From Bacteroidia bacterium (GTDB lineage: Bacteria > Bacteroidota > Bacteroidia > 2-12-FULL-35-15): a DNA stretch of 64,000 bases. The translations under genes and the position numbers were made by a program. The stretch is taken from NCBI GenBank assembly GCA_036399275.1, contig DASWNK010000010.1:7188-71187 (forward strand). The letters run 5' to 3'. Every line of letters starts with the position of its first letter. Positions within the stretch are counted from its first letter, which is position 1. The notes below the pieces were generated by a model that searched no databases, was not told the DNA's origin, and saw nothing but the letters and a program-made list of their open reading frames with translations. Shown here piece by piece: positions 30,752 through 40,507 of the stretch.

Positions 30752-31411
30752 ATGAAAGAGAAAAACACACGCAGAAATTTTATCAGCTCAGTATTGAGCG
30801 GTGCAGCAGCATTTGGACTGGCTTCCATTCCTACTCCTCTAAAAGCAGCCGCACTGGAAACAGATCTGAAGGCACAAACCACTGAGGCAGAAAAATGGCT
30901 TGCGCAAATGAAAGGCAAACACAAAATGGTGTTTGACATGTGGAAACACAGTAACGGGGCGGCCTTAAGCTGGGCCTTGACACTAATGGACAGCTATAAT
31001 GATATGGGTATTCCCGATAAAGATCTTTCCCTGGTAATTATACTTCGTTATGGCGGAACTCCTCTTGCAATCGCCGATCCGCTATGGGCGAAATACGGAT
31101 TCGGAAAGCGGATTGAATTGAAAGATCCCGAAACAAGCGAGTTTTCGCTCCGCAACTTATATGCAAAATGCAAAACAGAAGACGATGATTGTTTTGAACT
31201 TTTTCAAAAACGCGGAGGATTGATCTGTGTGTGCAGTCAAGCTATTGAGCACAGTGCAATCAGTTTGGCGGAAAGTCTAAAACTGGATAAAGAGACTGTC
31301 AAGAAAGAATTCTTTGACAACGTGCTCCCGGGGATTAAGCTTATGCCTTCCGGTATATGGGCCTTACAAAGATCACAGGAATTAGGTTGTAAATTTTGTT
31401 CGGCAGGATAA
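30752..31411 (+). CDS. Tat-signal hypothetical protein
   Basis: Twin-arginine motif TRRNFISSVLSGAAAFGLA. The C-terminal CKFCSAG is a CxxC motif. No family recognised. Confidence 0.5.
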   Translation: MKEKNTRRNFISSVLSGAAAFGLASIPTPLKAAALETDLKAQTTEAEKWLAQMKGKHKMVFDMWKHSNGAALSWALTLMDSYNDMGIPDKDLSLVIILRYGGTPLAIADPLWAKYGFGKRIELKDPETSEFSLRNLYAKCKTEDDDCFELFQKRGGLICVCSQAIEHSAISLAESLKLDKETVKKEFFDNVLPGIKLMPSGIWALQRSQELGCKFCSAG

Positions 31412-31436
31412 GCTGCCAATCAATTAAGTCAGCATC

Positions 31437-32399
31437 ATGAGCAAAGAGGAAAAAAAGAAGACGTTGGAAAAAGAAGATCTCCATCCCCGTAACAAGCATC
31501 GCTTGCGTTATGATTTTAAAAAACTTATCGGTTGTTGCCCCGAATTAGAAGCCTTTGTTTTTATAAATAATTATCACAACGAAACCATTGATTTTGCGGA
31601 TCCCGTAGCGGTAAAAATCCTGAACCAAGCTTTACTCAAACAATTTTATGCGATTAAATATTGGGACATTCCAAACGGCTATCTTTGTCCCGCAATACCA
31701 GGGCGCGCCGACTACATTCATTATATAGCTGATCTCCTCGCGTCCTCCAACAATAAGGTAATTCCTGAAGGTCCATCAATCCGTTGCTTGGATATTGGAA
31801 CAGGCGCCAATTGTGTTTATCCACTCATTGGCAATCATGAATATGGCTGGAGTTTCGTCGGTTCGGATTGTGATGCAACGGCCATTCAATCCGCAAAAAA
31901 CAATATTGAACGTAATCATCTGACGGAAGCAATTACGCTCCGGCATCAAACCGATTCACAAAAAATATTCAAAGGAATCATTCAGGCGAATGAACAATTT
32001 GATGTTTCTATTTGCAATCCACCTTTTCATGCATCATTGGCAGAAGCTCGGGAAGGTACTGCACGTAAAGTAAGAAATCTGAATGCCGGAAAAAAAACAC
32101 CTGCTGTTTTGAACTTCGGTGGGCAACATGCTGAACTCTGGTGTAAAGGAGGAGAAGAAACCTTTCTCGCTAACATGATAAAAGAAAGCGCTCAACTACC
32201 CGACAAGTGTTTTTGGTTTACTTCCCTTGTTTCAAAAAGCGCCAACCTCCCTGGCATTTACTATCAGCTGGAGAAAGTGAATGTAGTCGAACTGAAAACC
32301 ATAGAAATGAAACAAGGAAATAAAATAAGCAGATTAGTGGCCTGGACTTTTTTAACTACCGCTCAACAAAAAGAATGGTCGAAACGTTGGGCCAAATAA
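31437..32399 (+). CDS. rlmF: 23S rRNA (adenine1618-N6)-methyltransferase RlmF
   Basis: RlmF/YbiN N-terminus (LHPRNKHRLRYDF), a SAM-binding region, and the NPPF catalytic motif in ICNPPFHAS. Confidence 0.85.
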   Translation: MSKEEKKKTLEKEDLHPRNKHRLRYDFKKLIGCCPELEAFVFINNYHNETIDFADPVAVKILNQALLKQFYAIKYWDIPNGYLCPAIPGRADYIHYIADLLASSNNKVIPEGPSIRCLDIGTGANCVYPLIGNHEYGWSFVGSDCDATAIQSAKNNIERNHLTEAITLRHQTDSQKIFKGIIQANEQFDVSICNPPFHASLAEAREGTARKVRNLNAGKKTPAVLNFGGQHAELWCKGGEETFLANMIKESAQLPDKCFWFTSLVSKSANLPGIYYQLEKVNVVELKTIEMKQGNKISRLVAWTFLTTAQQKEWSKRWAK

Positions 32400-32423
32400 G
32401 CATTCACGAGGCCTTATAAAAAT

Positions 32424-32461
32424 AAAAATGCCGGCATCTAACAATAGTGCCGGCATTTTCC
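32424..32461. terminator. Bidirectional terminator between convergent genes
   Basis: aaaatgccggca-N12-tgccggcatttt hairpin. Confidence 0.55.
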
Positions 32462-32476
32462 ACGAAATATATTTTG

Positions 32477-33595
32477 TTATTTCATCACAATAAATCTGCT
32501 GCCTGCTGTTATATTTCCCACTGTCAATTTCACAAAATAAGTTCCGTTTTCCAGATTAGAACCATCAATTGCAAAGCTATGCATCCCTGAATTCAGCTGC
32601 TGAGCATTCACTTTATAAACTACACTGCCAAGTACACTGTACACTTCCAAGGCTACAAAATCTTCTGAAGCAATGGTAAATCTGATCTCAGAAGCAACGG
32701 AAGAGGGATTCGGATAAACAGACAAATCGAAATCATTACCATCTATAGAACCAACAGACAGTGGGTCGGACAATTCATAGGCAAACAACGAAGTTCCCTG
32801 GCTGACACCACCAATTGTTTTCATACCGGAAACAAATGAATTGGAAACAAACAAACCGCCAGCTAAGGCTGTTCCGGTTCCACCAGCCAGATCCGTTTGT
32901 GTATTGTGAGTAAGACCTGTTGGAGTACCGGACATTGTCAATTGGTGCAACATACCTCCGCCTGTTTGATCATACGCCCATAAATAAGGACCACCGGTTG
33001 AATAAGGATCGTACGCCATACCGTAAATTCCCGTCAAGCCATGAGTAGCAGCCGCAATGGTCGATAAAGCAGCGCCTGTTAAGCTCACAGCCGTAATGTC
33101 CGATCCGTATGAACCGGTCCAAAATCCGCCAGCGCCAGCGTTCAAGGTCGGATCATAAGTCACATATCTGCAGTTAGCAACGGTTGTTGTGATGGTACCG
33201 ATCACTGTTTTAGTAACAGGGTTAATCTTGAAGATGGAAGATGTATTAGCGCCCGCATACAATGTAGTGCCATCCGTAGTAATACTTCTAACACCAGTTA
33301 AACCGGCTATTACAAAAGGCCCACTTGTAATTCCACCTGCTGCATTTAAGGTAAACATAGTATCATTCGCCCATTTCGCAACCCAAAACTCGGTTCCTGT
33401 CCAACACGCAGCAGCAATGCCTGGACTAATTGTTGTGGGGTTTACATCTAATTGAACAGTCCACAAAGCTCTTTCTGTCGAAACAGATGTTTGCACTGTT
33501 GACACAAATGGCGCAATTTCACTATCGTTCTGCTGAGCAAAACCCGAAGCGGAAACAACCAATAAAGAAAAGATCACGTGTAGCTTTTTTGTCAT
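32477..33595 (-). CDS. Secreted protein with T9SS C-terminal sorting domain, function unknown
   Basis: Signal peptide. The Thr/Gly-rich beta-rich body ends in a CTD (VYPNPSSVASEIRF...GTYFVKLTVGN). Confidence 0.65.
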   Translation of the reverse strand: MTKKLHVIFSLLVVSASGFAQQNDSEIAPFVSTVQTSVSTERALWTVQLDVNPTTISPGIAAACWTGTEFWVAKWANDTMFTLNAAGGITSGPFVIAGLTGVRSITTDGTTLYAGANTSSIFKINPVTKTVIGTITTTVANCRYVTYDPTLNAGAGGFWTGSYGSDITAVSLTGAALSTIAAATHGLTGIYGMAYDPYSTGGPYLWAYDQTGGGMLHQLTMSGTPTGLTHNTQTDLAGGTGTALAGGLFVSNSFVSGMKTIGGVSQGTSLFAYELSDPLSVGSIDGNDFDLSVYPNPSSVASEIRFTIASEDFVALEVYSVLGSVVYKVNAQQLNSGMHSFAIDGSNLENGTYFVKLTVGNITAGSRFIVMK

Positions 33596-33717
33596 ATTTT
33601 TTTGATTTTAAGATTTAATTAAATGTACAATAATTTAAACATCCAGCTACTTTTAACTTATTCAAAAAAATACGAGCTAAACACAATGCCAGTCTAAAAA
33701 AAGCAAGAATAAAACGG

Positions 33718-35196
33718 TTAGTTTTTCACCAAAGCCTCGGGAGGGCTTTCCGGAATCGATTTATAATGGTTATATCGAATCAATATATCTTTCACATATA
33801 AATATGTTTCCTGTCCTCTGCAATAACCGCACTTAACAATGGGATCATTATAGATAGTAGGATTGGACTTCTGAAGGATCATATTTCCAACATTATCATC
33901 CCAGATATTTTGTTTCTTTCCGTACTTCCCGGCCAGGTTGCGAGCATCAATTACGTGGCCCAAGCCAGCGTTGTAGGAAGCCAACACAAATTTTACCCGT
34001 TCTTTTTTATCAGGAATATACTTTTTCCAGTATTTGTCGAGGTCAAGAATATAGCTTGTTCCTGCCATGAGACTTTGTTCGGCTGTAGCGTCAATTGTAT
34101 CCAATCCGTAATGTTTAGCGGTTGCGGGAACGAGCTGCATAAAGCCATTCGCACCAGCCCAGGAACGGGCGGTTGGAGAAAAATGCGATTCCTGGTAAAT
34201 GAGCGATGCAAGCAATTGCCAATCCCAGTCGATTTTCTTACTGTATGTTTTTATCAGCTCATTATATTTCGAAACTCCATTAGAGTATGATGTATAGCTT
34301 CCAATTCCAGTGCCGAGCGATTTTTTCTTTTTAAAATACTTAGCATACAAGTCAGCATCCTCCTCCGAGTTCTTCCTTTCTTTCATCCAGGAATTCAATG
34401 CATTTAATAGTTCCGGCGAGTCTTTCCGAATTGCCCAGGCAATCTTTTGAGGAAAGCTGATGGGCGTTTCCACATCTATGTTTGAGTAATAAGTTTGGTT
34501 GTTCAATGCTACATTCTGATCCGCAATGGTATAATTGATTTGCCCGCTTGCAACCATGCTGATCAATTGCTCCGTGCTTAATTCACCTGGCGCTTCCACG
34601 ATATTTATTTTTTCACCTATTTCTTCTGATAAACTATTCAGACGTGAAAAGAAAGAAGAGCCCTTTCGTACCACTACAAACTTTCCACTGAGATCAATTG
34701 TGTTCCTGATCAGTTTAGTATCGAGCACGTTCATCGACATGTTTTCCCAACCGTCAGGCTTTCTTTGAATCAACACCTGAGGCACCACCATTAAAGGATC
34801 GGAAAAATCCACTAATGCAGAACGCTCCTGGGTTACCGTTAAATTAGCCGCTATAATATCTACCTCGCCACTGTTCAATTGATCAAAGATGGTATCCATA
34901 TTATGCGCGATAACTATTTGAAGTTCCACGCCAATGGCCTTTGCAAACGAATTCAACTGTTCATACTCATAGCCCAGAGGATCGCCTTTGTAAATATAAA
35001 AACTGGTAGAAGTGTTATCCGTAAGCGCAACAAGCTTTCCCCGCTTTTGTATTTCAGCAAGGTCATTGGTAATTGATGGCATATGGCTGCTTTGTACATC
35101 TGGCCTGCCCCGAAACTTAGACACGCAAATACAAGCGATTCCAATAAGCATAAACAAGGAAAAAACTACTTTATTTCGGTTATATGCGAAAATCAT
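33718..35196 (-). CDS. mltF: Membrane-bound lytic murein transglycosylase F (SBP_bac_3 + SLT domains)
   Basis: N-terminal solute-binding-protein family 3 domain and C-terminal SLT domain (LLASLIYQESHFSPTARSWAGANGFMQL). Confidence 0.85.
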   Translation of the reverse strand: MIFAYNRNKVVFSLFMLIGIACICVSKFRGRPDVQSSHMPSITNDLAEIQKRGKLVALTDNTSTSFYIYKGDPLGYEYEQLNSFAKAIGVELQIVIAHNMDTIFDQLNSGEVDIIAANLTVTQERSALVDFSDPLMVVPQVLIQRKPDGWENMSMNVLDTKLIRNTIDLSGKFVVVRKGSSFFSRLNSLSEEIGEKINIVEAPGELSTEQLISMVASGQINYTIADQNVALNNQTYYSNIDVETPISFPQKIAWAIRKDSPELLNALNSWMKERKNSEEDADLYAKYFKKKKSLGTGIGSYTSYSNGVSKYNELIKTYSKKIDWDWQLLASLIYQESHFSPTARSWAGANGFMQLVPATAKHYGLDTIDATAEQSLMAGTSYILDLDKYWKKYIPDKKERVKFVLASYNAGLGHVIDARNLAGKYGKKQNIWDDNVGNMILQKSNPTIYNDPIVKCGYCRGQETYLYVKDILIRYNHYKSIPESPPEALVKN

Positions 35197-35426
35197 ATTA
35201 CCTCCTTTTTAGTAAAGAACGATACCATGTGTACGGCACAAAAAAGGCTTTGTTCCCGAAAACAATTTGTTTTATCGCCTCAGGAAAATCAAGCAGCTAA
35301 AAACCAGCACGTTATATAGGAGATAAGTTTATTGAATGATTATTTTTCCAGCGCTTATTGCTCCATTTTTATTTATTAAAGAAATATAGCTCAGGTATAT
35401 AGAAAGTCACTGGCATTTTTTTTTCA

Positions 35427-36122
35427 TTGCATCATATTAAAATTATGATCATGAAAAGACTTCAACTAATTTTTATCGTAATCTGCTTATCAGCCGCTAC
35501 AACATTTACTGGTTGTAAAAACTGGAAAAATACCACAGCGGGAGGTGCTATCGGCGCAGGTGCCGGCGGTGCCATCGGAGGTGCTATCGGATCTAAAAGT
35601 GACAACACGGTAATTGGTGCTATCATAGGTGCTGCGGTGGGTGGGGCTGCAGGTTCAGCAATTGGATTGTACATGGACAAACAGGCACATGAAATACAAC
35701 GGGATGTTAAAGGCGCAAGAGTGGAACGCATAGGTGAAGGGATCCGAATTACGTTTGATTCAGGAATCTTGTTTGATATTGGTTCCCACACATTAAAGCC
35801 TGAAGCAAAAAGCAATATTGATGAGCTTGCAAAAGTATTACAAAAATATGATGACACCAATGTGCTCATTGAAGGCCATACTGATAATACCGGCTCCGAT
35901 GACTTGAACATGAAACTTTCTGAGAAGAGAGCAGATGCAGTAGCCGATTATGCAAAATCACTGGGCGTTTCAGGCATTAGGATGGCGATAAAAGGATATG
36001 GAGAAGCACAACCACTGGATGATAACACAACGGAAAAGGGCAGAACTGAAAATCGCCGGGTAGAAATTGCAATCATCGCAAATAAGAAATTAAAGAGGGC
36101 TGCTAAGAAAGGGGATATCTAA
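35427..36122 (+). CDS. OmpA-family lipoprotein with N-terminal glycine-zipper segment
   Basis: Lipobox TGC. Glycine zipper GGAIGAGAGGAIGGAIGS...IGAIIGAAVGGAAGSAIG. The C-terminal OmpA_C domain reads HTDNTGSDDLNMKLSEKRADAV. Confidence 0.8.
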   Translation: MHHIKIMIMKRLQLIFIVICLSAATTFTGCKNWKNTTAGGAIGAGAGGAIGGAIGSKSDNTVIGAIIGAAVGGAAGSAIGLYMDKQAHEIQRDVKGARVERIGEGIRITFDSGILFDIGSHTLKPEAKSNIDELAKVLQKYDDTNVLIEGHTDNTGSDDLNMKLSEKRADAVADYAKSLGVSGIRMAIKGYGEAQPLDDNTTEKGRTENRRVEIAIIANKKLKRAAKKGDI

Positions 36123-36131
36123 AGTGCTTGA

Positions 36132-36359
36132 ATGAACCTTTACAAAAAAACAAACAGCGATTCAGGCGTCTACGCATACGAGATCAAACCGGAAGCTATT
36201 GTTGTACAGTTCAATGATGGAAAAACATATCTCTATACTTATCAAAGTGCGGGCAGAAAATACATTGAGGAAATGAAACGACTTGCCGAAACAGGCAAGG
36301 GATTGACAACTTTCATAAACAAAAATGTGAAAAAAAAGTATGAAAAAAAGTTAGATTAG
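36132..36359 (+). CDS. KTSC domain protein
   Basis: 75 aa. The pattern YEIKPEAIVVQFNDGKTYLYTYQSAGRKYIEEMKRLAETGKGLTTFINKN matches the KTSC-domain pattern from memory. Starts 10 nt after the upstream stop. Confidence 0.55.
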   Translation: MNLYKKTNSDSGVYAYEIKPEAIVVQFNDGKTYLYTYQSAGRKYIEEMKRLAETGKGLTTFINKNVKKKYEKKLD

Positions 36360-36458
36360 ATTACTCCTTATTCACATTCATTTTCTTTTGTTATTTTTAT
36401 AATAGCAATTATCCGATGGAGACCGTTTGTTAATGCTATAGAATAAGCAATAAATGAA

Positions 36459-37283
36459 ATGAAAAGAATTCTGATTGTTCTGATGCTTTTTACTTTTATA
36501 AGTGCATCATTTGCCCAAAAGAATAGAATATACCGTTCCCTGGATGAGGCTATGACCAATCCGAAGGAAGTCTATCATCTTAAACTTTCTTTCCGGCATC
36601 TGGAGGATCTTCCTGTCACTATTTCCAAATTAGTGAATCTTGAAGTATTGGAGTTGAATAACAACGACCTTACTACTTTAAGTCCGGAAGTATGCAAGCT
36701 TAGTAACTTAAAAGAGTTAAATCTATTTAGAAACAAGCTCAAGAGCCTTCCCGAAAACATCGGTGATTTAAAAAAATTGGAGAAACTCATTCTAAGCAGC
36801 AACCGACTGAACACGCTTCCTACGAGTATTGGCCAGTTAAAACAGCTGAAGGAGCTTTCTGTAAAGGACAATAAATTAACTTCCCTACCCAATGAAATTT
36901 GCCAGCTCACTAAACTTGAGCAGCTCTTTTTGTCTTACAATGATTTAAAAGCGGTGCCTGATAGTATTGGGAAACTGGAAAACTTGGAACAGCTTTACCT
37001 TGGAGATAATGATTTAATGTTTTTACCAGCATCCGCAGCCAAGCTTGTAAAACTAAAATATTTTTACCTCGGAAGAAATGAATTTACTCAATTGCCATCC
37101 GCCATTTGCAGCATGGTTAAGCTGAAAGAACTGGACATTGCTTATTCCGGTGCGATGGGCTTTTTGCCTGATTGCTTGCGTAACATTGAATTGCTGGACC
37201 TGCTGATAATCGATAACAACATGACGCTCCCATATAAACAATCCGCCTTTCACAACCCTTCACTAAAAATTATCTTAAAATAA
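36459..37283 (+). CDS. Secreted leucine-rich repeat (LRR) protein
   Basis: Signal peptide and about ten 23-aa LRRs (L..L..L.L..N.L..LP..I..L). Confidence 0.8.
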   Translation: MKRILIVLMLFTFISASFAQKNRIYRSLDEAMTNPKEVYHLKLSFRHLEDLPVTISKLVNLEVLELNNNDLTTLSPEVCKLSNLKELNLFRNKLKSLPENIGDLKKLEKLILSSNRLNTLPTSIGQLKQLKELSVKDNKLTSLPNEICQLTKLEQLFLSYNDLKAVPDSIGKLENLEQLYLGDNDLMFLPASAAKLVKLKYFYLGRNEFTQLPSAICSMVKLKELDIAYSGAMGFLPDCLRNIELLDLLIIDNNMTLPYKQSAFHNPSLKIILK

Positions 37284-37334
37284 AGAAAGCCGGACAGATT
37301 GCCCGGCTTTCTTTATTACTTAAATACAAAAGCG

Positions 37335-37943
37335 CTATTTGGATAATTTTTTATTGCTTCCGGCATATTCACCATAACAATTTTTCATTCCCGCATTGCT
37401 TGCTTTCACACTGTAATAACGTGAAGAAAAATCTTCCAGGGTTGAGCTGCATGCCGCGTATTGTCCATAAGCATCTGCCAAATCAGGGGCAGAAGCTTTA
37501 ATTTGATGATAGCGCTTCACAAATTCGTCCAACGTCTGTGTGGATCCTGCATAGTCGCCATGGTATTTAGCGATATCGGGGTAAGTATCTTTAATCTGGT
37601 AATAGCGCTCCGAAAATTTCGGCAGCGTGTATTCCGAGGCAGCATAATTACCATATACATCCGTTAATTTTGGATACGATGCTTTGATCTCATTGTAACG
37701 CTCCATGAATTTTTTCATCGGATGGGAAGAAGCGGCATAGTATCCGTAACAAACATTTAGGGTTGGATAAGTTTCTTTGATTGCATAATATCTGTCCAGA
37801 AATGTTTCTTCCTTCACAGCTTTGGCTTGTTTCGATTCTTCCGCAGGCGAAGGACCGGTTTTTGGTGTAGTTGATGTTTGGCCATTCATGCTGACAACAG
37901 ACGCGCAAAACAAAAAGGCTGATAAATAATTGAGTGTTTTCAT
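37335..37943 (-). CDS. Secreted protein built of five ~32-aa tandem repeats (F.ERY..IK..YP.L...YG.YAAS..L), function unknown
   Basis: Signal peptide. Clear internal periodicity in the translation: RYYAIKETYPTLNVCYGYYAASSHPMKKF, RYNEIKASYPKLTDVYGNYAASEYTLPKF, RYYQIKDTYPDIAKYHGDYAGSTQTLDEF, and so on. Confidence 0.5.
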   Translation of the reverse strand: MKTLNYLSAFLFCASVVSMNGQTSTTPKTGPSPAEESKQAKAVKEETFLDRYYAIKETYPTLNVCYGYYAASSHPMKKFMERYNEIKASYPKLTDVYGNYAASEYTLPKFSERYYQIKDTYPDIAKYHGDYAGSTQTLDEFVKRYHQIKASAPDLADAYGQYAACSSTLEDFSSRYYSVKASNAGMKNCYGEYAGSNKKLSK

Positions 37944-38001
37944 GGTTTTCGGGGCTTGGTTTTTAATTTTAATTTAATTGCTTATTTATTTTAATGAGCT
38001 T

Positions 38002-38331
38002 TCATTTATTCTTTTGTCTTTTCATTATCGGGATTGTTGGATTTACATTGCTGATGTTTCCTTCCTTATCAACACAATCACCATCATTCATATTAACTAC
38101 CGTTCCATCTTTCCTTACTACAATTCCTGCAGTTGTAACTTTGCTCCCATCCAACAACGACACTTCTGCATCAACAGGCTTGTTATCCAGCATCAAAAGT
38201 ATTTTGCCATCTTTTAATGTAGCACAATACCTTTCCGGTTTCACAGCGGGATCTTGTTCGTTATATATTTCCTGTGATGCCGCGCTAACCGCAAAAACAC
38301 ATCCAACGATAAAGGTGATTTGTTTTTTCAT
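38002..38331 (-). CDS. Small secreted hypothetical protein
   Basis: Signal peptide MKKQITFIVGCVFAVSAAS. 109 aa with no recognisable domain. Confidence 0.4.
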   Translation of the reverse strand: MKKQITFIVGCVFAVSAASQEIYNEQDPAVKPERYCATLKDGKILLMLDNKPVDAEVSLLDGSKVTTAGIVVRKDGTVVNMNDGDCVDKEGNISNVNPTIPIMKRQKNK

Positions 38332-38566
38332 ACTATGATTTGTAAGATTCTAAACTCGAAATCCGATTACGGAGAGTCGCTGGCTTTTGTAAAATTCCTT
38401 TTGTCAAATTATTACATAAATGATCCTAACAGATCGTTTAAAATTTATATGCCAGAAATTAAGCTGGGGAAATTAGGATCGGCATATATGAACAAGGAAG
38501 AAATTCCCCATAATGTCTTCCATACTAAAAATAAAGACCTAGTTTTGCAGATAACAGAATTGTAAA

Positions 38567-39088
38567 ATGCAGGTAACAGAAACTGAACGACTGGTTCTTC
38601 AACATTTACAGCCCGACGATGCTGCTTTTATCCTGATGCTGCTCAATACGCCTTCCTGGCGGCGGTTCATTGGCGACAGGGGGATCCGGACAGAAGCACA
38701 AGCACGCCAGTATATCATCGCCAAACTTATGAAGAGCTATGAAAGCCCAGGGTTTGGATTTTATCTGACGAAGTTAAAAGAAGGCGATGTATCAATCGGA
38801 ATTTGCGGTATTGTTAAAAGAGAAAGCCTGGAAGATGTTGATATTGGTTTTGCTTTTCTTCCTGAATATGAAGGCAAAGGATATGGATACGAATCTGCGG
38901 CGGCAGTATTAAAATATGCAAAAGAAAAATTTAACCTGGATCGGATCGCTGCGATAACCAACAAAGACAATGAACGTTCGATCCGGCTGCTTCAAAAATT
39001 GGGACTACGATTCGAAAAAATGATCCTGCTGCCAAACGAAACAGAAGAAATCATGTTTTTCGTTCATCCGGGTATAAATGAAGATTAA
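38567..39088 (+). CDS. GNAT family N-acetyltransferase
   Basis: Acetyl-CoA binding motif A region (EYEGKGYGYESAAAVLKYA) in a 173-aa protein. Confidence 0.8.
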   Translation: MQVTETERLVLQHLQPDDAAFILMLLNTPSWRRFIGDRGIRTEAQARQYIIAKLMKSYESPGFGFYLTKLKEGDVSIGICGIVKRESLEDVDIGFAFLPEYEGKGYGYESAAAVLKYAKEKFNLDRIAAITNKDNERSIRLLQKLGLRFEKMILLPNETEEIMFFVHPGINED

Positions 39089-39228
39089 TCCAAATCATTA
39101 CCCCCATTCCTTTTATTTCTTGAAAAAATAGGGGAAATCATTCTCATTGTTTTCGTTCTTTTATTTATCTTTAAAAAGTAGGATAAACAATCATGGATAA
39201 ACAATGCACCGCAAAAAAAATCTTAAAC

Positions 39229-40476
39229 ATGAAAAAAATCATTCCATTCTTATTTCTGCTGCTTAGTTTTAATGCCATGGCGCAGAACATAGATTATGCT
39301 AACGCAAAAGTAGATTATACGCGGCTGCCTTTAACACCTGTAAATAAATCTGTAAAAAACTATCAGGTACTGATGCTTGCAGATTATTTACAAAAAATTG
39401 AAAAGCAAAAAACAGAATATGCGGGCAGCACAGCGAAAGCAGAAACAGATTACCAACTGGCAATAAAACAATATTGGACGAAACGTAAGCAGGATTCACT
39501 AGCTTATGAAAGCAGCCTCAATGTGTGGTTCCGATTAACTCCTGAACAGCAGGCTGTAACTCCTCGTCCACAAATGGTCCAAGCTGCTCCTCCGGTGAAA
39601 AATGGTGCGCAGGAGCCCCTGTATGAAAAAATATTTAACACCGACCTGCTTGGAACTACATACATTAAACTGGATGGCTTTGCACGTTTGCCGGAAAAAG
39701 CGTTAATTCTTCAGTTTAACTTAACTGGATTTGAATACGATGAGCCAAAGGCAGCAACTCAAAAAAAACAAATTAAAAAAGCGGATGGTAAAACAGTTGA
39801 CTCGACCGTTTTTGTCTACCAATTCAATTATCGCCATATTGTTAAATTAAAAATCATTCAACCTGATGGAAAATTTTTAAGCGATGAAGCGTATGGTCCG
39901 TCCCTAAATTTCTCCACTTACTCGTCCAAACATTTTTTTACCGCAGCAGAAGCAGATAACTACTGGAAAACAGCAAAAGCTTCTGAAATAACTGCTGTAC
40001 AAGATAAAATCGTAGTGGATAATTTAAAAGCGATCAACGAGATGCTGAACAGTAATTATGGTTATACCCCTACTTCACGCAACGTCATGATCGGCTATGT
40101 GAACGAGAAGAAATTATACGATGATTTTAAAGAGGCGCTGAACAACGCAAAAAACGGTTATACGATGATAGGTAAACCGGAAACAAATGCTCAGGGCGAA
40201 GAATATTTAAGAAAGGCTATTACGACCTGGGAAACTGCAATGAAAGAAAGCAATCCAAAAAACAAAAAAGCCAGAATCGATGAAGATGTTACAGAATGTT
40301 TACTGATGGATCTTTCGGAAGCTTATATATGGCTGAATGATTTTACGAAAGCGCAGGAATATCTTACCAAACTGGATGCTTTTAAATTATCTGCAAAAGA
40401 AAAAAATATAAAAAACGGTTCGCGGGCTTTTTTAAACGAACAAATTCCGAGGTATAATGTGAATAAAGCCAATTAA
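39229..40476 (+). CDS. Secreted hypothetical protein
   Basis: Signal peptide MKKIIPFLFLLLSFNAMAQ. About 415 aa with no recognisable domain. Confidence 0.45.
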   Translation: MKKIIPFLFLLLSFNAMAQNIDYANAKVDYTRLPLTPVNKSVKNYQVLMLADYLQKIEKQKTEYAGSTAKAETDYQLAIKQYWTKRKQDSLAYESSLNVWFRLTPEQQAVTPRPQMVQAAPPVKNGAQEPLYEKIFNTDLLGTTYIKLDGFARLPEKALILQFNLTGFEYDEPKAATQKKQIKKADGKTVDSTVFVYQFNYRHIVKLKIIQPDGKFLSDEAYGPSLNFSTYSSKHFFTAAEADNYWKTAKASEITAVQDKIVVDNLKAINEMLNSNYGYTPTSRNVMIGYVNEKKLYDDFKEALNNAKNGYTMIGKPETNAQGEEYLRKAITTWETAMKESNPKNKKARIDEDVTECLLMDLSEAYIWLNDFTKAQEYLTKLDAFKLSAKEKNIKNGSRAFLNEQIPRYNVNKAN

Positions 40477-40507
40477 TAAAAGAACCTCAACAATGGAGGT
40501 TTTTATT

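Noticed and set aside
30631-30885. 84-aa ORF overlapping the start of the Tat-signal protein gene
   Set aside because: It is in a different frame and overlaps a better-supported CDS with a canonical Tat motif. No features.
38320-38565. 81-aa ORF in the intergenic region between the small secreted protein and the GNAT gene
   Set aside because: No signal peptide or recognisable motif. It overlaps the end of the 38002-38331 gene on the opposite strand and ends 2 nt before the GNAT start. It more likely marks a promoter region, but is retained as a possibility at very low confidence.
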